A stretch of DNA of 64,000 bases from Patescibacteria group bacterium (GCA_038065315.1 JBBTRF010000001.1:97642-161641); one strand, 5' to 3'; numbered from the stretch's first letter, positions 45,846-55,693 are shown. Made by a program: numbers and translations. Notes: a model not told the origin generated them from the letters alone.

Positions 45846-47256
45846 TGAGGCGAGCGAGTGTTTCGTCTTTTCCTAGCAAAGAGGCGAGGGTGAATGGGTC
45901 GGGGGATTTTGCAACGCCGGAAAGAGCAAAGCGCATCGGCCAAAGTACGCAGCCCCTTCCCTGCTCTTCCGCATATTTCCAGACAGCTTGCCTCACTTTT
46001 TCTTGGTCGGCAAAATCACTAGTAGCAAGGGCTTTCAAGAGCTCTTTCGCATGAGCAAGTCGCTCGACGGTTTTTTCTTTGCTAGGCTCATCTTTCCAGA
46101 GCAGCTGTTTTGTTGATTCGTCCGTGAAGGTTGGTTTACTGAAAAAATAGACAAATTCTCCAGCGGCAAAAAGCGTTTTAATATCGCCAACAGTGTCGAT
46201 GCGTTCAAGTACAACCGGTGCGAGCTTTTTGATGAGTGCTGAATTGTCCGCGGCGTTTGCTGAGTCTGTGCCGCCGAGCATCGCGTGCACGCTTGTGGCG
46301 ATGGCCGATTCGATCTTGGCGATCGGCTGCTGTTTCAAATATTCCTTGTTGATCCAACGGAGCTTTTTCTGGTCAAAGATGGCGCCGCCTTTTTGGATTT
46401 TGGATAGGTCGAAGAGTTTGAGGAGGTCGTCTTTCGAGAGGATCTCCTGATCAGTGCCAGGGTTCCATCCAAGCAGTGCCATGCCGTTGATGAGAGCCTC
46501 GGGAAGAAAACCTTGGTCGCGATATTCGGTAACGGCGAGCGCGCCTTTGCGCTTCGATAGCTTTGATCGGTCCTCGCCGAGGACTAATGGGAGGTGTGCG
46601 TAGATCGGCTCCGGTGCGCCGATGGCCCGCTGTATGAGGATCTGGCGCGGCGTGTTGGAGATGTGGTCTTCACCGCGGATGATATGAGTGACGCCTTCGG
46701 TGAAGTCGTCGACGACTACCGCTAAATGGAAGAGCGGTGTGTCAAGATTTTTCGCAATGACAAAATCCTTTAGATCGGCCGTCTCCATTTCGATAGTGCC
46801 ACGAATGAGATCGGTGAACGCTACTTTGGTGCCCGGATTTTTGAAACGGATGAGGTCATTTATTTTTTGCTGCCCGCTCGCCGGGTCGAGCACGGGGTTG
46901 CCCTCCTTGTCCTTGGCCGGCTCGCGGGACACGTACGCCTTCCCTTCCGCAATCATCTGCTCGAGATATTTGCGATGTGTCGGCGCTTGTTCGGATTGGC
47001 GATACTTCTCGTCGTATTCGAGCCCCATCCAAGCGAGGCTGTCGATGATGTTGGCTTCGTATTCCGGCTTCGAACGGAGCTTGTCAGTGTCCTCGATTCG
47101 TAGGATGAATTTACCTCCATGCTGTCGCGCGTACAGATAGCTGAAGAGTGCGGTGCGATAGCTGCCCACATGGAAGAGGCCGGTCGGCGATGGGGCGAAG
47201 CGAGTGACGATGTTCTGGCTTGGCGCGGTCGGGTTTTTGGGCACAAGAGCATTCAT
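45817..47256 (-). CDS. gltX: glutamyl-tRNA synthetase (class I)
   Basis: FAPSPTGLFHVGSYRTALFSYLYAR (HIGH region), KLSKRKG (KMSKS), C-terminal anticodon-binding helical domain. Confidence 0.9.
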   Translation of the reverse strand: MNALVPKNPTAPSQNIVTRFAPSPTGLFHVGSYRTALFSYLYARQHGGKFILRIEDTDKLRSKPEYEANIIDSLAWMGLEYDEKYRQSEQAPTHRKYLEQMIAEGKAYVSREPAKDKEGNPVLDPASGQQKINDLIRFKNPGTKVAFTDLIRGTIEMETADLKDFVIAKNLDTPLFHLAVVVDDFTEGVTHIIRGEDHISNTPRQILIQRAIGAPEPIYAHLPLVLGEDRSKLSKRKGALAVTEYRDQGFLPEALINGMALLGWNPGTDQEILSKDDLLKLFDLSKIQKGGAIFDQKKLRWINKEYLKQQPIAKIESAIATSVHAMLGGTDSANAADNSALIKKLAPVVLERIDTVGDIKTLFAAGEFVYFFSKPTFTDESTKQLLWKDEPSKEKTVERLAHAKELLKALATSDFADQEKVRQAVWKYAEEQGRGCVLWPMRFALSGVAKSPDPFTLASLLGKDETLARLNDAITLLSA

Positions 47257-47369
47257 AAAGTCCTTATATTATAGTGCAAAATGGCCGGTTCTAGAGTATT
47301 GACTATTCCCCCATAAGGTGATATAATACAGGCTGCTGTAGTTGGATCGTTTCCAATTGAATAGCCTCA

Positions 47370-48131
47370 ATGTCGGTCAACCAAAGCCCGCGCGATCCCA
47401 CGTTCGCGCATTGTGAAAGGTCATGTATGGAACCCGGAGATAACGGAATGATGAAGACGAAAGTCCTGCTGGTGCGGTCTGTGGAGTTCGACAAAGTCTC
47501 GAAGAGTCTCACTCCGCTCGGCGAGCTGCAGGTTGAATCCCTTGCCGAAACATTGGGGGTGAAAGGTTTTCAGCCCGACTGTTTCCGCACTGCGGCCTAC
47601 GAAGCAGACTCATGGACCACTGCGTATTTCTTGAAAGAAGCTTTTCGGGGCCGTTCGGGGCCAGACGTTCAGACTTTGAGGGAGCTGTCGATTTCTGACA
47701 CTTCCCTGCCGCGCAACAAGGAAATCGCGGGATTGATCACGCAGTATCCGAATTTGCCGCTTTCGACCTACGCTGGTCAACCGGGATACCGGGCGCTGCT
47801 CTCCCAGAGCAGGCTCGCACTGAGGGAGATTCGGAAGCATGTCTCTCCGGATCAACATCAGCAGATCATCATCTGTTCGCGCCATGGCCACGTCCTGAGC
47901 AGCTTGGCCCTCGACTGGGTGAGCGAGATGATCTTTGTGGGTTTCAAACTGTGTCCAGCGGCTCATTTGCCGTCATACCCCATCGAGGCCGGCGACCTCT
48001 GCTACGCAGCGACGGAGTTTGCTCTGGGACCTGGTCAGGGGCTCATGTTCAGCTACGATGCTTCTGATCCAGCGAGCCGAAAGGTCGGCTCCATCCAATT
48101 CATCAATCCGGAAGCCAACATCAGAAGCTAA
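47370..48131 (+). CDS. hypothetical protein, possibly a degenerate histidine-phosphatase (SixA-like) fold
   Basis: KVLLVRSVEFD ... LTPLGELQ ... IIICSRHGHVLSSLA loosely parallels the SixA RHG...LT.NG...ISH motifs, but the first RHG is replaced. The start may be the ATG at 47447. Speculative. Confidence 0.35.
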   Translation: MSVNQSPRDPTFAHCERSCMEPGDNGMMKTKVLLVRSVEFDKVSKSLTPLGELQVESLAETLGVKGFQPDCFRTAAYEADSWTTAYFLKEAFRGRSGPDVQTLRELSISDTSLPRNKEIAGLITQYPNLPLSTYAGQPGYRALLSQSRLALREIRKHVSPDQHQQIIICSRHGHVLSSLALDWVSEMIFVGFKLCPAAHLPSYPIEAGDLCYAATEFALGPGQGLMFSYDASDPASRKVGSIQFINPEANIRS

Positions 48132-48148
48132 GTCAGTTTTCGTTTACG

Positions 48149-48187
48149 CCACCACCCTGGTCCAATTCCAGGGTGGTGGTTTTTTCT
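48149..48187 (+). terminator. rho-independent terminator
   Basis: ccaccaccctgg-tccaatt-ccagggtggtgg followed by tttttttc. Confidence 0.6.
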
Positions 48188-48222
48188 TGCAAAAAACGGT
48201 ACGTGCGGCGTTCGGTGAAAGA

Positions 48223-49350
48223 CTATCTCTCGTGCTGCAATGCAATACCGACTACCTCTTCGGCAATGAGGCGCGCGGAGTCGAGACGGCTGAATTTTTT
48301 TGCGGCAGCGGACATGGTTGGCAGCAGTTCCGGCGTATCAAAAAGTCGGTCAATCTCCGTCTGGAGCACATGTGGAGACAGATTCCCCTCTTCGATCACG
48401 ATGCAGCCACCGGCATGAGCATAGTTGAAGGCGTTGTGGACCTGGTCGTGTGAGACGGTTTCGTTGATTGGGATGATAATACTTGGAATCCCCCAAGCCG
48501 CAATTTCAAAAATAGTGGAGCCGGCGCGGGAAATCACGAGGTTCGCGATGCCAGCCGACATGCGCATGTTGAGGTCGTTCAAATAGTCGAGGGCTTTGTA
48601 GCGATCTTTGTGCTTGCTGTCGCCGAGGACAACTTCGGCAGTACGTTGCACTGCTTCGAGGTTCGCCTTGCCGGTCTGGTGAATGATCTGATATTTTTCG
48701 ACAAGGTCAGGGAGAATGTCCATTAGGTTTTCGTTGATTGTTGTCGCACCCTGTGAACCGCCCAAAATGAGGATGGTCGGCACGGCTTTTTGGAAGCCAA
48801 AATATTCGTAGGCGCCGTTGGTGAGGGGCTCACGGATTTCTTGTCGAATCGGGTTGCCGGTGTAGGCGGTCTTGTCTGCCGGGAAAAATTCCGCGGATTG
48901 TGGGTACGACAAAGCGATGCGCTTTGCGAACTTCCCCGCCCAGGCGTTGACACGTCCTGGGCGACTATCCGACTCGTGAATGATCACCGGAATCCGCAAC
49001 AGCCGCGCCGCGAACAACGTCGGAAAGCTCACGTACCCGCCCTTGCCAAAGACGACGTCGGGGTAAATCTGAAACAGCTTCACTAGCGTGAGGCAGACAC
49101 CCCACGCAGTTTTAACGGCATCGGTGATATTGAGCAGCGAAAAATAGCGACGTACTTTGCCCGCCGGAGTCGCGACAAAGCGAATCCCCTTTGAAAAAAG
49201 CAGGTTCTCGTTGTACGGCTTGTCGGCCATGTAGATGAGCTCAGGGTCGAGCAGCTTGCGCTCCTTGCTCAGCGAGATCACCTCTTCAGCCACGGCAATA
49301 ATCGGATAGAAATGTCCGCCTGATCCCCCGCCGGTAAAAACGATTTTCAT
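48223..49350 (-). CDS. murG: undecaprenyldiphospho-muramoylpentapeptide beta-N-acetylglucosaminyltransferase
   Basis: MKIVFTGGGSGGHFYPIIAV GT28 N-terminal motif; C-terminal GT-B domain. Confidence 0.9.
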   Translation of the reverse strand: MKIVFTGGGSGGHFYPIIAVAEEVISLSKERKLLDPELIYMADKPYNENLLFSKGIRFVATPAGKVRRYFSLLNITDAVKTAWGVCLTLVKLFQIYPDVVFGKGGYVSFPTLFAARLLRIPVIIHESDSRPGRVNAWAGKFAKRIALSYPQSAEFFPADKTAYTGNPIRQEIREPLTNGAYEYFGFQKAVPTILILGGSQGATTINENLMDILPDLVEKYQIIHQTGKANLEAVQRTAEVVLGDSKHKDRYKALDYLNDLNMRMSAGIANLVISRAGSTIFEIAAWGIPSIIIPINETVSHDQVHNAFNYAHAGGCIVIEEGNLSPHVLQTEIDRLFDTPELLPTMSAAAKKFSRLDSARLIAEEVVGIALQHER

Positions 49351-49402
49351 GATGGATTATAGATTGGCTATGCAGTCTTTTGATTATGCTTCGCGCTGTT
49401 CG

Positions 49403-50497
49403 CTATGTCCGATATTTCGAAATATTGCAGAGGATGCCCAGCTCGGCGAGCGAGCAGAAGAGCGCCGTGCCGCCGTGACTCACAAACACGAGCGGTAGTC
49501 CGGATAAAGGAAACACGCCGAGCATCGAGGCGATATTCAGGAACGACTGCGACACCATCAGTATACCAATACCTACCGCCAACAGTCCACCGAAGGGGTC
49601 GGGTGCGCGAGTGGCGATCTTGAAGACTTGCAAGGCGAAAAAACAAATGATTAAAAGGAGTGTCACACTGCCCACAAACCCGAATTCTTCGCTAGCTACA
49701 GCAAAAATCGAGTCGCCGATCGGTTCTGGCAAAAAATTGAACTTTTGAATACTCTGGCCGAAGCCGCGACCGGTGAGTTGACCTGAGCCGATGGCGATGA
49801 GCGACTGCTGGATCTGATAGCCCGATCCAGTGGCGTCGGTCGACGGATTCATGAAGGTCTGTACGCGTTGCATGAGGTATGGCCGCTGCGCCACGAGCAA
49901 GGCGAGGATAATGGCGCCACCGATCCCCAAGGCTGCCAAATGTTTGAATTTCCCTCCTGCCACGATATACATCGCCAGACCGGCGAACACCATCACGCCG
50001 AAAGTGGCCGTGTCTGGCTGGAGGAGCATGATGGCGCCGACAATGCTCGTGATGATCACAAACGGCAGCAACCCCTTCTTCACCGTCGCCACTTTCTCTT
50101 TGGCGCCCGAAAGCCAGGCGGCAAGATAGAAGAGGTAACCCATTTTCAAGAGCTCGGACGGCTGCAGCGAAGTGAAGCCGAGGTCAATCCAACGACTCGC
50201 TCCGCCGTGTTTGAAGCCGATACCAGGGACGAAGACGAGCAGAGTGAGTAGTAGGGTCGCCGCAAAAATGTGAAACGAGTACGTGCGCCACTTGCGATAG
50301 TGGATGCGCGAAGTTGCAATAAAGGCCACGCTGCCGAGGCCAAGCCCGAAGAAAAGATGATTGAAAACGACGGCTGAATACAGGCTGCCGGAGCGGCTCA
50401 AAAGGCCGAGTGAGGCAGAGATAAAGATCGTGATGCCGACCGCAACCAAAAGGATCGAAGTCCACAAAAACAGCTTGTCAATCTTCCCGCTTCTCAT
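49403..50497 (-). CDS. ftsW: SEDS-family peptidoglycan glycosyltransferase (FtsW/RodA)
   Basis: 364 aa, ~10 TM, conserved SEDS loops; immediately upstream of murG. Confidence 0.85.
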   Translation of the reverse strand: MRSGKIDKLFLWTSILLVAVGITIFISASLGLLSRSGSLYSAVVFNHLFFGLGLGSVAFIATSRIHYRKWRTYSFHIFAATLLLTLLVFVPGIGFKHGGASRWIDLGFTSLQPSELLKMGYLFYLAAWLSGAKEKVATVKKGLLPFVIITSIVGAIMLLQPDTATFGVMVFAGLAMYIVAGGKFKHLAALGIGGAIILALLVAQRPYLMQRVQTFMNPSTDATGSGYQIQQSLIAIGSGQLTGRGFGQSIQKFNFLPEPIGDSIFAVASEEFGFVGSVTLLLIICFFALQVFKIATRAPDPFGGLLAVGIGILMVSQSFLNIASMLGVFPLSGLPLVFVSHGGTALFCSLAELGILCNISKYRT

Positions 50498-50634
50498 GCC
50501 GATATAATATCACATTACGAGTCTCGTCGCCGACACCGATTCCAAGCCGTTTGACTACGCGTTGCTGAAGTAATATAATAGATGAACTTGGAGGGCATGC
50601 CCTGTCACGGCCACTAAGCTGTAACCAAGGAGGA

Positions 50635-50668
50635 ACAAAAAGCACCGCGGCCGCGGTGCTTTTTGTTT
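50635..50668. terminator. bidirectional terminator (20-nt perfect palindrome agcaccgcggccgcggtgct flanked by an A-run and a T-run)
   Basis: aaaaagcaccgcgg|ccgcggtgctttttgtttt. Confidence 0.6.
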
Positions 50669-51126
50669 TAAGTAAACGCCAAAGGATCATCGTCGCTATC
50701 AAAAGATCTTTTCCATGCTGGTATGACGCTTAGGAAGCAAACCGGTCCATCCTTGATCTGCTTTAGAACTATTTTAACTCGGTAGCCATCCATCAGTGCC
50801 ACGAACTCAAAATAGCGCACGGAAGAAAGCTGCAACTCCCGGCGAGAGCCTGATTTCATGTTTTCAAACCGATTGAGGACTCGCATGTCCTGAATTGTAT
50901 GTGAGTCGTTGAGTATTCTGGACACAAATCGAAATATCGAAAGTCTCTGATGCGAGTCACTGATCGGCCGACGGCGATTATTTCCCTTAAAAAAGAAGTG
51001 GTTGAATCCGACATGATTGAAAACAATAACTTTCTGTAGAAATGGACAAAATACCCTGCCGATATTTTGATACGCAAGTCTGACACGTTCCTTCAGCCGT
51101 TCAAATTTTTCTTCTTCGGCATGCAC
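50668..51126 (-). CDS. hypothetical protein (GTG start), possibly a gene remnant
   Basis: 152-aa basic ORF flanked by a terminator downstream and by repeat copy B upstream. No domain recognised. Confidence 0.25.
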   Translation of the reverse strand: MHAEEEKFERLKERVRLAYQNIGRVFCPFLQKVIVFNHVGFNHFFFKGNNRRRPISDSHQRLSIFRFVSRILNDSHTIQDMRVLNRFENMKSGSRRELQLSSVRYFEFVALMDGYRVKIVLKQIKDGPVCFLSVIPAWKRSFDSDDDPLAFT

Positions 51127-51137
51127 GCAACTAGCAT

Positions 51138-51205
51138 AGCAGGACAGTGATAGAGAAATTGCTAAGAAAAGATAGAGAATTCGCTAATTTTTGATAAAGT
51201 ATCTC
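51138..51205 (+). repeat. copy B of the ~75-nt repeated element with tandem 22-nt direct repeat
   Basis: ggacagtGATAGAGAAATTGCTAAGAAAAGATAGAGAATTCGCTAATTTTTGATAAAG. Confidence 0.6.
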
Positions 51206-51235
51206 GCTAGACTGGAACAGGACTATTGGGCAGTG

Positions 51236-52201
51236 TTACTGCCGAAAATACGCCAAGGTCGAGCTGGCGAGCGCCTCGACGTCGCTAAAGCGACCCTTTT
51301 CGGATGAACCGAGCACCGCGATCACAACTGGATGACCAAAACCGATATCCATACCCACCACGAGGTTGCCGCCGGCGAGATCGGTGAGCCCTGTCTTTGA
51401 CCCGATGAGTCCTGGGATAGCATTTACGGCCTCGTTGGTATTTTTGGCTGGATGGCGGAAGTCATCGATGGAAATAAAATTCACTTTTTCATACTGTGTG
51501 GCCTCGATCATTTCCGGATGATTGTGCAAAATGTACGCAAAAAGTGCACTCACGTCTTTGGCCGAGCCGTATGCACCGGCCGTGGTGGAGCTGATGTCGA
51601 GCCCGCTTTCATTGGTGAAATAGGTGTGGGTAAGACTGAGTCGCTGTGCCTTTTGATTCATGAGTGTCACGAACTCGCTTTTTTGCACCTCTGCATCCTG
51701 CGAGCTGGTGCTGAAGGCCATGCTGGCCGAAGCGAGAGCACTGGCACCGTCGTTCGAAGACACGAGCAAGGTGAAATCTAGGAGATCTTTCAGTCGCCAA
51801 TGTTCGTTCGCGAGCAGACCACTATCCCCTTCCTGCGCAATGTCACTCAGGCGAATAGCCGCCACAGTCGAAGGCGGCAGCTGTTCATATGCCGTGAGAG
51901 CGGTCATGAGTTTGGTCACCGAAGCGAGTGGCAGACTGGTGGTGGCGTTTTGTGAGTATAGTATTTCACCAGTGACCGTGTCGATAACGTAGGCCGCCTT
52001 AGCTTCCATGACGAGCGGCACCTGGAAAGGGATTTTTGCAATGACGGGTTCAACCGGTTTTTTTGGTTGAAATATCGCCACGAGTGAAGCGAGCGATGTC
52101 TCCGGCGAAAAAGTCGGGAAAAATGCATGTACCGAAAGCAAGCTGCCGGCTACCAGGAGCGTGCCGAAGGCAAAAGACTCGATTTTTCCGGTGCGGATCA
52201 T
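51236..52201 (-). CDS. D-alanyl-D-alanine carboxypeptidase (S11, PBP5-like)
   Basis: Signal anchor; ASVTKLMT (SxxK), SSND (SxN), GSKTGLTD (KTG). Confidence 0.8.
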   Translation of the reverse strand: MIRTGKIESFAFGTLLVAGSLLSVHAFFPTFSPETSLASLVAIFQPKKPVEPVIAKIPFQVPLVMEAKAAYVIDTVTGEILYSQNATTSLPLASVTKLMTALTAYEQLPPSTVAAIRLSDIAQEGDSGLLANEHWRLKDLLDFTLLVSSNDGASALASASMAFSTSSQDAEVQKSEFVTLMNQKAQRLSLTHTYFTNESGLDISSTTAGAYGSAKDVSALFAYILHNHPEMIEATQYEKVNFISIDDFRHPAKNTNEAVNAIPGLIGSKTGLTDLAGGNLVVGMDIGFGHPVVIAVLGSSEKGRFSDVEALASSTLAYFRQ

Positions 52202-52226
52202 GTGTGTTTAAACGCGTCAATTTATC

Positions 52227-52796
52227 CTACTCTGCCGCCGCCTCTTCCGCAATAGGCGCGACCACAGCGCTCTGCCGCATCGATTCGTATTCGGGAAGTT
52301 CTTCCGGCTTGGTGAGGCCCATAAAAGTGATGAGCTGCATCGTCGGCTTGTACAAAAAGGCGCGCTGGTCTTCGGGCGAGTTGACCTTTTCTACGAGACC
52401 GCGAATGAGTAGATTGCGAAGGATGAAGGTCGAATTGACCCCACGGATGCTGTCGATCTCGCGGCGGCTGATTGGACCTTTGTACAGGACGATCGAGAGG
52501 GTTTCGAGGCCCGCCTTGCCGAGGTCGCGTGTGAGCTCTTCACGAGTGAGCTGTTCGATGAGGGGTGCGGATGCCGGTGCAGTGCCGAGCATGAGTTCGT
52601 CGTCTTTTTGGACCAACACGAGGCCGCCACCACGACTAGCGAGTACTGTTTCGAGCTCAGTAACCGCCAGATTCAGAGCCTCAGCGGTGAGACCCGGATT
52701 CGTCGTCTTCAAAATCTCCGCAATACGCTTGTGCGTGACGGGTTCGCCTTTCCAAAAAAGGAGCGCTTCGAGTTGTGCGGATAAAGGAAGGTTCAT
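52227..52796 (-). CDS. scpB: segregation and condensation protein B
   Basis: LEALLFWKGEPVTHKRIAEIL...ISRREIDSIRGVNSTFILRNLLIRGLV tandem winged-helix ScpB pattern. Confidence 0.85.
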   Translation of the reverse strand: MNLPLSAQLEALLFWKGEPVTHKRIAEILKTTNPGLTAEALNLAVTELETVLASRGGGLVLVQKDDELMLGTAPASAPLIEQLTREELTRDLGKAGLETLSIVLYKGPISRREIDSIRGVNSTFILRNLLIRGLVEKVNSPEDQRAFLYKPTMQLITFMGLTKPEELPEYESMRQSAVVAPIAEEAAAE

Positions 52797-52838
52797 GTGG
52801 GTGAAATGTAGCAGTTGTTGCGTGCGGCGTTTTGTTCG

Positions 52839-53639
52839 CTAATTATACCTCGGAACGCCGACCGCCTGCGTCTCGATGGTGATATCTTGAAAATGCGCAT
52901 CTTGCGTGACATCGACGATGCCCTGCTTCACTAGCTCGAGCATGGCGAGGAAGCTCACGATGACATGCACCCGCTCCTGCTTCCCCACCCCGGCAAAATC
53001 TTCGAAGCTCATTTTGATGCTCGACTGGATGCGTGCGGTGAGGTTGACGATCATCTCCTCGAGGCTCATCACTTTGCGCACCACCGCCTTCGGGATGAAT
53101 TCTTTTTTCGGCAGGTTGCGGATCACTTCTTTAATCGCGGCCAAGACACCAGCAGGCGTGATCTCCGGCTCAGGCGAAAATACTGGTAAAACCGTCTTCG
53201 ATTCGGTCTTGGCAAAGATTGGTGTGGCGCCGAAGCGTTCTTTCACATGCAGCGAGAGCTCTTTGATCTTTTGATACGTCTTCAGACGCGCTTCGAGGTC
53301 TTCGATACTACCTTTTTCTTCTTCAGTGAGCGACAAGGTCGGCAGCAACGATTTGGATTTAATGAGCAGCAGCGTCGACGCGATGAGGATGAAGTTCGCA
53401 CTTTCGGCCATGGGGAAAGCTTCGCCAGCACCACTCGTGCCCGTTCCGCGGGCTTGTAGGTACGCAATATAGTCGTCGGTCACTTGCGCGAGCGAAATAT
53501 CGTTCACGAGCAGTTTGCGCTTCTCAATCAGGCTCAACAACAGGTCGAGCGGGCCTTCGAAGAATTGGGTTTTAATACAAAAAGTATCCACTAGAGCCAA
53601 GTTACACTTTCCACTCGTTTGGAAACGTGATCTTGTCAT
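52839..53639 (-). CDS. scpA: segregation and condensation protein A (kleisin)
   Basis: FEGPLDLLLSLIEKRKLLVNDISLAQVTDDYIAYL ScpA N-terminal motif. Confidence 0.8.
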   Translation of the reverse strand: MTRSRFQTSGKCNLALVDTFCIKTQFFEGPLDLLLSLIEKRKLLVNDISLAQVTDDYIAYLQARGTGTSGAGEAFPMAESANFILIASTLLLIKSKSLLPTLSLTEEEKGSIEDLEARLKTYQKIKELSLHVKERFGATPIFAKTESKTVLPVFSPEPEITPAGVLAAIKEVIRNLPKKEFIPKAVVRKVMSLEEMIVNLTARIQSSIKMSFEDFAGVGKQERVHVIVSFLAMLELVKQGIVDVTQDAHFQDITIETQAVGVPRYN

Positions 53640-54663
53640 AACCGCGCTCTTTCAAAAAAGGAGCCAGTTCAGAACTTGAAGGAAATTCCGCCTCGAATTC
53701 TCTCTGTAAGTCCTTCAAGATGTTTTTCGACATTTCATATTTCTCGTGTTCAAGACATAGTTTATACCACCTATCGAGATCTTCTAGGGTTACAATACCC
53801 TGTATTCTACTGCCCCAACCGACTTGCTTAAGTAAGGCCTCTATCAGTTGTTTCTCAGAAGATATACAGACCACGACAATTTTGTCAGCGGTAATACTAT
53901 CAGCAATTTCTTCTACCAAATCAGGGTTCAAAGTTAGGTGCTTAACTTGTATTGCTGGCCCAAAGTTTGACCACATATCCAGACCGCGGTCGGCAGCATT
54001 CGTTACACCGACCCTAAATAGTGCCGCAGGCAAGACTATTTTACTTTTTTGAGCGTTTGAACCGATAACGGTTTTTATAAAATCTTCAAAGTCAGCGAGA
54101 ATCTTTGTGTCCTTATTTTGTATCTCGAGACTAATTTGCAGTCCTAATACTCGGATAATGCTGGAGAAAAGGGCGTACACCGTTATTTCGTACATCTTAT
54201 CCACACTTCTTCTTAAGCCCGGATTTTCGATAAAGAGAGATATCAAATACTTAAGAGAAAAGTTATCTGGGGCTGTATTCTTAATGTATTTTTCGACTTC
54301 CCGAACAGAATCTAATCTTTTTTCTAAAGATTTGTATATGTAGGCCTCAACAAGACCTTTGGAATTTCGATTTGTTATTTCTAAAACATAGAGCGCCTCT
54401 GGTGGCATTGCATTCGCCTCAAAAATGTTATCCTGATATTTTTGACTAGAGGTACTCTTTCGGCCAACTAACCTTACAGACACAATGTCTCGCCATTTCT
54501 TGGACACATTTCTATAAGACTCAAGATCCTTGAGGTCGATAGATTCTTTTGTTCTGCTGTAAAAAAGTATTTCAGCAATTTGAATAGGCTTGTAAAGATG
54601 AACTCGAGATTTTTTGATCAAGGAGTCGAGAGCAGCCCTTGATTTTTTAGTGTTCTGTAACAT
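53602..54663 (-). CDS. putative type II restriction endonuclease (HpaII-like by size and context)
   Basis: 353-aa AT-rich ORF overlapping the 3' end of the upstream C5-MTase gene by 17 nt; no domain recognisable by eye. The assignment rests on context and on length similarity to R.HpaII-type enzymes. Confidence 0.45.
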   Translation of the reverse strand: MLQNTKKSRAALDSLIKKSRVHLYKPIQIAEILFYSRTKESIDLKDLESYRNVSKKWRDIVSVRLVGRKSTSSQKYQDNIFEANAMPPEALYVLEITNRNSKGLVEAYIYKSLEKRLDSVREVEKYIKNTAPDNFSLKYLISLFIENPGLRRSVDKMYEITVYALFSSIIRVLGLQISLEIQNKDTKILADFEDFIKTVIGSNAQKSKIVLPAALFRVGVTNAADRGLDMWSNFGPAIQVKHLTLNPDLVEEIADSITADKIVVVCISSEKQLIEALLKQVGWGSRIQGIVTLEDLDRWYKLCLEHEKYEMSKNILKDLQREFEAEFPSSSELAPFLKERGYDKITFPNEWKV

Positions 54664-55669
54664 GATTTTTTCTCACATGATTAACCTTTAATGAAACATT
54701 TCTTTCAATCGAGGTTATTTCGGTGGCGGTGGTTGGTGATGGTTTTTTACTCATAGCTTCGACCATCGCCTTGGCGACAGCCTGAATTTGTGGGACGACA
54801 ACGCTATTCCCAGCTTGCTTCCGAAGTTGGGTATCCGGAACCGTAATTTTAAAGCTATCCGGGAAGCCTTGGAGCCTTAACATTTCCCTAGGTGTTAGCC
54901 GTCGCTTTCCATTAACTAACAGATAGTTATACGAAGCATTTGCCCTTAGTGCGCATGAAAAAGAATTAACGCCAATATTACCACCCTTATTTTCATGCCA
55001 AATTGATGGAAAAAACTGTTTCTCCAAAGTCACTTTTTTTGCCAATTTATTTTTTACATGCTCAGAGACAAAGTGTTTCTTGTCGACATCCCTATCGTCC
55101 TCAAGCACATCCTCGAGGGTTTTATTAGGTTTATCACTTTTCACTGGGAAATTAAAAGGATAATTTTCCTTGAAGCCAACAATCATGATACGTTCTCTCT
55201 TTTGAGGTACTCCAAAATTAAGTCCGTTCAAAACTTTGTAGTGCACAAAATATCCTAGGTTCCGTAGTTTTTGTAAGATAACTTCGAATGTCTTCCCTTC
55301 GTCATGGCCAACGAGTTGCTTCACGTTCTCAAGCAAAAAAGCACGAGGGGTCTTCTCTCTGAGTATTCTCTCTATGTCAAAGAATAGTGTCCCTCTCGTA
55401 TCAGAAAAACCCTTTCTATCCCCGATAATACTAAAGGCCTGACAAGGAAACCCTCCAGTCAAAATATCATGGGCTGGTATATCCGAAGCCTTAATTTTGG
55501 TAATATCCCCAAAGGGTTTTTCACCAAAATTTGCCTCGTATGTTTTCTGACTAGCAGTATCCCATTCTGAAGAAAATACACACTCACAACCATTTCGTTC
55601 AAAAGCGAGTCTGATACCGCCAATGCCGGCAAACAAATCTATGAATTTGTATTTCTGGGTCTTTTTCAT
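54647..55669 (-). CDS. DNA (cytosine-5)-methyltransferase, M.HpaII/M.MspI-like (predicted CCGG specificity)
   Basis: Motif I FIDLFAGIGGIRLAF, FSSEWD..QKTYEANFG..PFGDITK, motif IV GGFPCQAFS, ENV, QKRERI, GNSV. Long stretches match the remembered M.HpaII/M.MspI sequences almost residue for residue. Confidence 0.88.
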   Translation of the reverse strand: MKKTQKYKFIDLFAGIGGIRLAFERNGCECVFSSEWDTASQKTYEANFGEKPFGDITKIKASDIPAHDILTGGFPCQAFSIIGDRKGFSDTRGTLFFDIERILREKTPRAFLLENVKQLVGHDEGKTFEVILQKLRNLGYFVHYKVLNGLNFGVPQKRERIMIVGFKENYPFNFPVKSDKPNKTLEDVLEDDRDVDKKHFVSEHVKNKLAKKVTLEKQFFPSIWHENKGGNIGVNSFSCALRANASYNYLLVNGKRRLTPREMLRLQGFPDSFKITVPDTQLRKQAGNSVVVPQIQAVAKAMVEAMSKKPSPTTATEITSIERNVSLKVNHVRKNHVTEH

Positions 55670-55693
55670 TAAGACAATTATATCAGATTTTTC

